A DNA stretch of 64,000 nt, from positions 32,302,001-32,366,000 of the forward strand of contig OX597836.1 of assembly GCA_951406725.2 (NCBI GenBank), in the 5' to 3' direction. The position numbers were made by a program, and so were the translations under genes. Numbering within the stretch: the first letter of the stretch is position 1; every line of letters begins with the position of its first letter. The notes under the pieces are model-generated. The model was not told where the DNA came from, did not search any database, and saw only the letters and a program-made list of their open reading frames with translations. This document shows, in pieces, positions 56,239 to 64,000 of the stretch. This DNA is from Octopus vulgaris. Lineage: Eukaryota.

Positions 56239-56867
56239 GCTTCTTTCAGTTTCCTTCACATAGATCTCAAGGAGATTTGGCAGAGCACAGAATGTGATAA
56301 GGTTGGCCCTTTGAATAACAGGTACAACTTATTTTTGCCAGCTGAACTGTTAGGGCATCAAACAAAATCTGTAACCCATTTCCCCCAAGTTTCAGACCTT
56401 GTACCTATATCAGAAACGATAATTAATATTGTTGCTGCTGTTGCTGTTGATGCTGGAGCTGGTGCTGCTGTTGTTGTTATTGTTGATCTTATCAATACTA
56501 TGGCTGAGGCTGTATTGTTTACTCATATGGCAATAAAAAAAACCCCAGAAAATCAGATACTATCTTATCATTATATAACTTTATGTTTTTCTCTTCTAAT
56601 CTCTTTTTCATTCACTCTCAAGATTACACAATAGTTTGATCTCAAACAAAGAATAAAATTCAAGTTATTAGCTCAAGTTACTTAGCCTCGTTGCTTGTCA
56701 GACAATGCAAAAAAGAAAGTAATGGTGGTGATGGTGATGTATATTGTAAGATTGATAAACAGAAAAGTGAAATTATACTGTTTTTTTTTTGTTTTTTTTT
56801 TACATTATAAATACAAGAAATGGTGGTGTTGGTGATGCTGTTAGTGGGGAGAAGGATTTAGAATTAT

Positions 56868-57705
56868 TGTATTTTCTGGCATGCAATTTGAATTTTTCAG
56901 ACTTGTATTTACAGCCAAAAAAGTCGGTGGCCCTATATGCCAAGACAACTTTGGAGAGCCAAACCATCCATATTGCATGTTGCATGTGAAATCCTGTTGC
57001 AAGTAACATGCAGCAGGATTTGGAAAGGTAGTGTTTGAATAGTTACATTATATACTATGGTGACTTGTATACTGGAAAATACAGTTTGTAATTATGAACC
57101 AACAAAGGAAACCTCTATGTGGTTGCTAGACAAGTTAGAAGTTGCAGCAAAATCTCATTCAGATTGCACCTCTCAGTTTTATATATATACATGTCGTATT
57201 TTCCAACATACAAGTCGAATTTTTCAGACCAAAGTTTACAACCAAAAATGTAGGTCGACTGACACACCAAAACACCTCTGGAGGACCAAAAATTCTATAT
57301 GGAATTCCACAGGATTTGAAAAGATAGTGTTGATGTCTGAATGTTTACACTACATTTTTTACACTGTATACTACATCGACTTGTATTCCAGAAAGTTTGA
57401 AATCAATGTATAAACCAATGAAAGAAAACTCTATATGGTCACTAGACCTGTTAGAAATAGCTGCTAAATCTCTTTCAAATTGTACCCTTCAGTCTAATAT
57501 ATGTACATACCACATTTTCTGGCACACAAATCGAATTTTTCAGATTGAAATTTACAATAAAAAAAGTAGGTCGACTTATACACCAAGACATCTTTGGAGG
57601 ACCAAAAATTTCATGCTGCACGTGAAATGTAGTGATGATATTTGATTGTTTAAACTTCATTGTCTTCATTATGTAAAATGTCGATTTGTATGCCAGAAAA
57701 TATGG
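56868..57705. repeat. Three tandem ~320-bp units, each a ~200-bp Tc1/mariner-type MITE plus spacer
   Basis: Inverted ends (C)GTATTTTC..GCATACAAGTCGA / TCGACTTGTATGCCAGAAAATATGG at ~56868-57083, 57194-57395 and 57509-57705. Confidence 0.7.
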
Positions 57706-57790
57706 AAGGTCAAGTGAATGGACTGAGAACTTAAGATTGTTGGTTAGTAACAAAATTATCAAATTATAGCTAAACAGGTTAGTAAAAGCA

Positions 57791-58118
57791 TTGTTAGCTA
57801 GACAGAAGTTACTAATGATATAGCTAGATATAGCTAACTTACCAGAAGTTATCAAGAACATCGTTAGCCAGACTGAGGTTACTCTGATCATGGCTAACTA
57901 GACAGAGATTATCAAAAATATGATTAATTGGATAAAAGTTACCAATGACGTGGTTAGCAAGGCAAAGGTTATTAATAACATTGTGAGCTAGACAGAGGTT
58001 ACTCAGAACATGATTAGCCAGACAGAGGTTACCAAGAACATAGCTTGCTAGACAGAGGTTACTAAGTATCTAGTGAGTTAGGCAGAGATCACCAAGAATA
58101 TGATTAGCTAGAAAGATA
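57791..58118 (+). repeat. 30-bp minisatellite, ~11 diverged units
   Basis: Consensus ~TGGTTAGCTAGACAGAGGTTACCAAGAACA, exact 30-bp period from 57831. Confidence 0.9.
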
Positions 58119-58220
58119 TATTTAAACTTAATTATATGCATGAGAATGTGAATTTTTTTAATAAGATAGTTTTTAAATTTCACTTATTTGTATACATTTA
58201 TTGTATTTTTTACCATCAAT

Positions 58221-58262
58221 ATTTAATTTTTTTTTGTTCTCTTTTTCTCTTTTTAGGTAAGT
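58221..58262 (+). other. Candidate recursive splice site (3'ss immediately followed by 5'ss)
   Basis: ATTTAAT, ~28-nt pyrimidine tract, then TAG|GTAAGT (AG at 58255-58256). Confidence 0.45.
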
Positions 58263-59967
58263 TGAAACAATTTTTTGCTGTTTATGACAGAGAATTTCAA
58301 AGTGGAATATCTTACATTATAAGGTACAAGTCAAATCACATAAACCTTTATTATTTTTTTGATATACTATTTTATATTTTGGTTTTTATTAAGTTTCTGA
58401 AATATGTATCAGATCTCAAAGTTTTAGGCATCAAAGTGCAGTTCCTGGAGTGAAGAATGCAACATTTTGGGTGCTTGTTCTTCATCTTTGAGTGTGAAGG
58501 TGAGAAGCCGAAAATAGCATTATTACTTCTATTTTCTAATCACCTTGTCATATGGATTTCTCTGAGATGGATGGCAGGGAGGGAAGAAGGTATCTACCAC
58601 CTGAGGATCCAATTCAAATATTTGCAAAAGCATAGTCTTAATTAAAGACACCTAAGGACCAGTTGATGTTGTTAAACCAAGCAAAGGTTAACAAGTCTAA
58701 TACCAGGAGTGTTCATGTGTTAAATAGCAATAGTTATGTGGTAAGATATAAAGATAGGAAGACAGTTGAGTCAGTGTTAACGTATTTAATGCGAAGACCA
58801 TTGGCAAGTCATCTATATAGATTTATGTGATGTGATACTGATAGATAGGTTGTGTCTTCCACCCATGTAATTATCACCATCAGTGTCGTCTGTGGACATT
58901 ACTGCCTTCAGTCACCCTAGGACTCATAGGGCTGATTATCCAATTTCCTTAGTATATAAGTGATGAAGATCACAACATCACTCTGAATGGGATGCCAATT
59001 GGGCACAGGGATATTCATTTATAGCTTAGTGGTCTGGGTGCAATGTTGTGTGACATGATGTGTCACGGGGCTAAACATAAAGGGGACAAACAAGGACAGA
59101 CAAAAGGATTACGTCGATTACATCGACCCCAGTGCGTAACTGGTACTTAATTTATTGACCCCGAAAGGATGAAAGGCAAAGTCAACCTTGGTGGAATTTG
59201 AACTCAGAACATAAAGACAGACAAAATACCGCTAAGCATTTCGCCAGGCATGCTAACGTTTCTGCCAGCTTGCCGCCTAGTCCTGCCTAGTCCTGGAAGT
59301 GAAACCATGACTATATGACCATGAGAGCAACACCCTAAACACTTGGCTACATGCTTTCACTCCACACATGTGAGCTACAGTGGAATTTGGGCTTGAAACG
59401 CAAAGGATGGGAATAAATACCAGCAGGCACCATGATGATGCTCTACCAATTCACTCCCCAATATCATTATTCATTGATCCCAGAATGAAAAAGCATAAAG
59501 CTGAGCTTGCCATAGTTTGAACTTAAAAAGCAAAGCATTTCCTCTGATGCTCTAATGACTCTGCAAGTTTACTGACACTTGGGTGGTGGGCTAAGAAGGA
59601 AATGGAGGAACTGAAAGGTCCCTGAAAAGCAATGTTTAAGGATGATGAGTGAAACACCCACGTTTCCAGAGGTGAATTATTCAAACTCCAAAGAATTCCT
59701 CTCAACACATGGCTATGGTGCTCCCCCATGTCTAATGCTTGTGATCAGAGATGCACATATCATCAACCATTAAGGGACATGCTCAACTGGTTAAAGTCAA
59801 GCAACTGACATGCAAATCTACAGTATTGAACAGAATATTTGCTGTAGCAAATATTCTGCTCGTGTTTTCTCTTTTACACCAAGAGAAAACATTTACATGA
59901 TAACAATTTCAATCAGTCAAAATCAGAAGCCATGGAAGCCACTGCCTGATACTGCATCAGTGCATTT

Positions 59968-60019
<52 letters not shown>

Positions 60020-60021
60020 CC

Positions 60022-60057
<36 letters not shown>

Positions 60058-60800
60058 TTCAAAACGTATTTTTACATATGTGTGAATGCATGTCCTTATC
60101 GTCATCTCATCAACATCCACATCCTCATCATCATTAGATCAACATCACCATCATCTTTATCATTACCATTACCATCATCATCATCATTACTATATTTCAG
60201 CTTAGTTCACCTTTGCAAAAAAAAAAAGAAAAAACTAAAAACAAAAAAAAGCCATACATTCTACCATTGTTCCCTTGAAATGCAAAAAAAATCTTTTATG
60301 TTGCGAAATTTTTTTCCCTTTGATAAAATTATGTGCACATTTCATCCCTTCATAAGACAACTAACATTTTATGTGTATTTCACATTCATACAAGGCAACT
60401 AATATGTTAAGCATACATTATTTTCTTTTGTGTATTGGTTGCAAAATGTCTTTGTGCATGTACATATGTACAAGTTAGAGGGAATAGCATATTATCTCAC
60501 TCGTTTAAGCAGCAGAGCTTCTGTATAACTGATTAATAATCTCTCTAATTAAGCCAGCATTAACATATTTAATGTAGGGAGCTTTGTTGAACAAACTAGA
60601 AATAATTACATGGTGTGATGGGTAGACTGAAAGAGTGTTAAGTAGGCGTGTGACACTGTATTTAACAAAGGGGTAACTGACAAACAATGGAGAAATAATA
60701 GTGGTGAGACTGCTTGATAAATAGACAGGGAAATAGTTAGGATGAGTTAACAAGTCTAATGCAATGAGCTGAGTAGAAATAGTTATCTGGTAAGACATAA

Positions 60801-61367
60801 AAAAGGGTAAAGACCCCTTTCGGTCATGAATAATCATAGGATTGCATCTAGGAAGTTCCCCTCTGAGGCACAATTTTGGGCAGGGTTCTTTTATGGAAGA
60901 CCAGCAATCACCCATGCACACCAGTTTCCCCTCTCTCTCCATGCCAGCGATGTTATCCAAGGGAAAGGCAAAAGCCCATACAGCTTGACACCAGTGACGT
61001 TGCAATTCATTTCTACAGCTGAGTGAAGGCAAATGGCTCAGTGGCTAGAGCATCAGGCTCACAATCATGAGGTAGTGAGTTCAATTCCCAAACCAGGCTG
61101 TGTGTTGTGCTCTTGAGCAAAACACGTTATTTCACATTGCTCCAGGTCACTCAGCTGTAGAAATGAGTTGCAACATCACAGGTACCAAGCTATATCAGCT
61201 TTTGCCTCTCTCTTGGATAACATCGGTGGAATGGAAAGGAGAGGCTGGTATGCACGGGCAACTGCTGGTCTTCCATAAACAACATTGCCTGGACTTGTGC
61301 CTTGGAGGATAACTTTCTAGGTACAATCCCATGGTCATTCATGACCGAAGAGGGTCTTTACCCTTTT
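60801..61367. mobile_element. Inverted pair of CORE-like SINEs (3' half on - strand, full copy on + strand)
   Basis: 61027-61367 has TGGCTCAGTGG, GAGTTCAATTCCC and TTGAGCAAAACAC. 60801-61026 is the reverse complement of 61147-61367. Confidence 0.85.
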
Positions 61368-61719
61368 AAGATATAAAGAAAGGCAAGTAGTCAAGTTAGT
61401 GTTAACATATTTAATGCAGGCATCATTGGCAAGTTATCTATACAGATTTATGTGGTGAGATATAGAGATAGATTAGGCAGAAAGATAGATAAACTTGTGT
61501 TAACATATTTAATCTTTAGCATATAAACTGGCCATTTCAGGCCTAAGTATTCAACCTATTTTATGTTCAAACTGGCTAGATCTGACCTCTTACACCTGTT
61601 CTACAATGTCATTCTAAAAGTAAACATTGAAATCTTGAAGCTATGAGATAATGCATGATTGACCGTTGCTTGGTAGCAAGACCAGTTGTGGTTGTTGCTG
61701 GGAGCATGATATTCTGAAT

Positions 61720-62245
61720 GTGAGGCCTCATGGAGGTGATAACAAATGACCAAGACCTTTGGTGATGCTGTGCTGAAAAGACTTGTCAAACTAGGTGAAA
61801 TCATTGTCATAGTCTTGGCTGTTGCTGATGTCATGTTAACAGAACCTGTGAAAGTGTAGCTGTGGCCATTGCTGGTGTCATGTAAACAGCACCCTACTGG
61901 TATCATGTAAAATGGCACCCCTGAAATCATAGTTGTGGGTGTTGCTGATTTCATGTAAATGGCACCTGTGAAAGCATAGTTGTGGCTGTTGTTGGTGTCA
62001 TGTAAACAGCATCCTACCAGAGTTGTGTAACTGGCACCCTTGAAATCATAGTTGTGGAGTCATGTAAATGGCACTCGTGCTGGCGGCATGTAAAAGCACC
62101 CATTGTACTCTCGGAGTGGTTGTTGTTAAGAAGGGCATTCAACTGTAGGAACCATGCGAAATCAGACTGGAACTTGGTACGGCTCTCCAGCTTACCAGTT
62201 CCAGTCAAACCATCTAACCCATACCAGAATGGAAAGTGGATGTTA

Positions 62246-62289
<44 letters not shown>

Positions 62290-62301
62290 CGACGACGACG
62301 A
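61720..62301 (+). mobile_element. RTE 3' fragment with repeated UTR modules and (GAT)n tail
   Basis: ORF-end remnant TGCTGTGCTGAAAAGACTTGTCAA, repeated GTTGCTG(G/A)TGTCATGTAAA..GGCACC units, and the standard tail. Confidence 0.75.
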
Positions 62302-62311
62302 TGCATTACAC

Positions 62312-62447
62312 CAGTGTTTCTCAACCTTTTTACCCTTGTGTAACCCTTAAATAAATTACATGTCTCAAAGAACCCCTGCACAAAAAAAAAGAATTATATA
62401 CTATATCTTTCTCATCCTTTTATCATTGTAGTTCATGTGGTAAATAT

Positions 62448-62497
<50 letters not shown>

Positions 62498-62498
62498 C

Positions 62499-62593
<95 letters not shown>

Positions 62594-62649
62594 CATACAT
62601 ATCTATATATATATATATATATATATATACATACATATCTATCTATCTA

Positions 62650-62688
<39 letters not shown>

Positions 62689-63158
62689 CACAGGGTGTCC
62701 ATGATATATACAGACATCACTAAATATATCCCCAATGGTTGTATATATTTTTATATGATATAATATATTATATTTATAGGTATATATATATGATGTCTAT
62801 ATATACAATACCCAATAATATGTTGTGTATGTATAGTAATATATATGATTATAAATTAGCATATAGCTATATCTCATACTATTCTCACAGAACCCCTAGG
62901 AACCTTTGTGGATACCCACGGTTATGGAAAACCACAATTGAGAAATGCTGCATATAGACAGAATAATCTGAATGCTATATATATATATATATACTATATA
63001 TATATATACCTATATATATATAAACCATATATATATATATCATACCTAATTTACAATGTCATTCAAAAGCAAACAATCTTTTCATTGAAATCTTGAAGCT
63101 ATAGAGATAATGCATGATTGATTCAACATACATACTTACATATATATATATACATATC

Positions 63159-63197
<39 letters not shown>

Positions 63198-63440
63198 CAC
63201 AGGGTGTCCATGAATTACAGACATCACTAAATATATCCCCAATGGTTGTATTATTTTTTTGGTAACATAATAGGTTAGATAGGATGATGTCTATATTACA
63301 ATACCCAATGATATGTTGTGTATGTATAGTAATATTACGATTATGAAATTAGCATTAGCTTATCTCATACTTTCTCACAGAACTCCTAGGAACCTTTTGT
63401 GGAACCCATGGTTATGGAAAACCACAATTGAGAAATGCTG
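62312..63440. mobile_element. hAT (Charlie-like) MITE containing microsatellite; right end present twice
   Basis: TIR CAGTGTTTCTCAA / TTGAGAAATGCTG; 8-bp TSD CATTACAC (62304-62311) / CATTAGAC (63441-63448). An extra right end is at 62950. Confidence 0.75.
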
Positions 63441-63444
63441 CATT

Positions 63445-63962
63445 AGACAGAATAATCTGAATGCTAAAGAGTTAAACTAGCCCCACTGGGCCCAAATATT
63501 CTACCTGTTCTATGTTCAAACCAGCTAGATCTGGCCTCTCATACCTAAGTTACAAAGTCATTCAAAAATAAACAATCTTTTCATTGAAACCTTGAAGCTA
63601 AGAGATAAAGCATGATTGAATCAAAAGAATGTGAATAAATAAGGATTATATTTTCGACAGAGAAATCTGAAAACTAGAGGTTTAAAACCAAGCTATATAT
63701 ATATCCAGCCCAAATATTCTGTTTTATGTTCAAAACTAGCCAGATTTAGTCTCTCACATTTAACCTACAATGTCATTCTTAAAATCAACCTTCACATCAT
63801 CAAAATCTTGAAGCTATGAGGTCTTGCATGATTAATTCAAAACAATGTGAATGAATAAATATTAAATTTGACAGAGTAATCTGAATGTAATTTGCCAAAG
63901 TAATTTGACGGAGTAATTTGACAGGGTGATTTGACAGAGTAATCTGAATGTTAAAGGGCTAA
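63445..63962 (-). mobile_element. Tandem array of the same piggyBac-like MITE
   Basis: Repeated GACAGAGTAATCTGAATG(C/T)TAAAGGG ends and TCTTGAAGCTA.GAGATAA.GCATGATT bodies, ~220-bp period. Confidence 0.7.
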
Positions 63963-64000
63963 TGCAGGTAACATCGATAAGTTATCTATAAAGAATTTTG

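Noticed and set aside
56068-56634. 188-aa ORF (and the 175-aa ORF at 60505-61032)
   Set aside because: Both cross SINE fragments, and the 188-aa ORF also crosses microsatellites; no protein motifs.

Overview
This is AT-rich, microsatellite-saturated animal DNA, most likely from an octopus or another coleoid cephalopod. That assignment is inferred from the SINE/MITE families and the (TA)n/(CA)n/(ATC)n load. I found no recognisable host protein-coding gene, and nearly all ORFs in the track are microsatellite artefacts, so the window looks like a very long intron or intergenic DNA. Retroelements: one young 5'-truncated RTE-clade LINE (42.8-44.5 kb; open RT frame with a PHD-like finger inside the RT) plus many 3' fragments of the same family; remnants of other RTE lineages; R4/Dong-like and Hero-like RLE LINE ends; a decayed Penelope-like (PLE) RT/GIY-YIG element; and at least three tRNA-headed SINE families. 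DNA elements: a maT-like Tc1/mariner relic and piggyBac-, hAT- and Tc1/mariner-type MITEs, often nested. Less obvious signals: (i) about 9 minimal hammerhead-ribozyme-like motifs with palindromic stem III in short PLE-LTR-like units, three with an intact catalytic core (29.7, 37.3, 50.5 kb); (ii) a strong AG|GTAAGT recursive-splice-site-like motif at 58.26 kb; (iii) a head-to-head SINE pair inside a single TSD, with an empty paralogous site 2 kb away; (iv) variable-copy stem-loop arrays in RTE 3' UTRs; (v) a probable assembly artefact at 62.7-63.5 kb. All family assignments come from reading motifs by eye, not from database searches, and the boundaries of degenerate copies are approximate.
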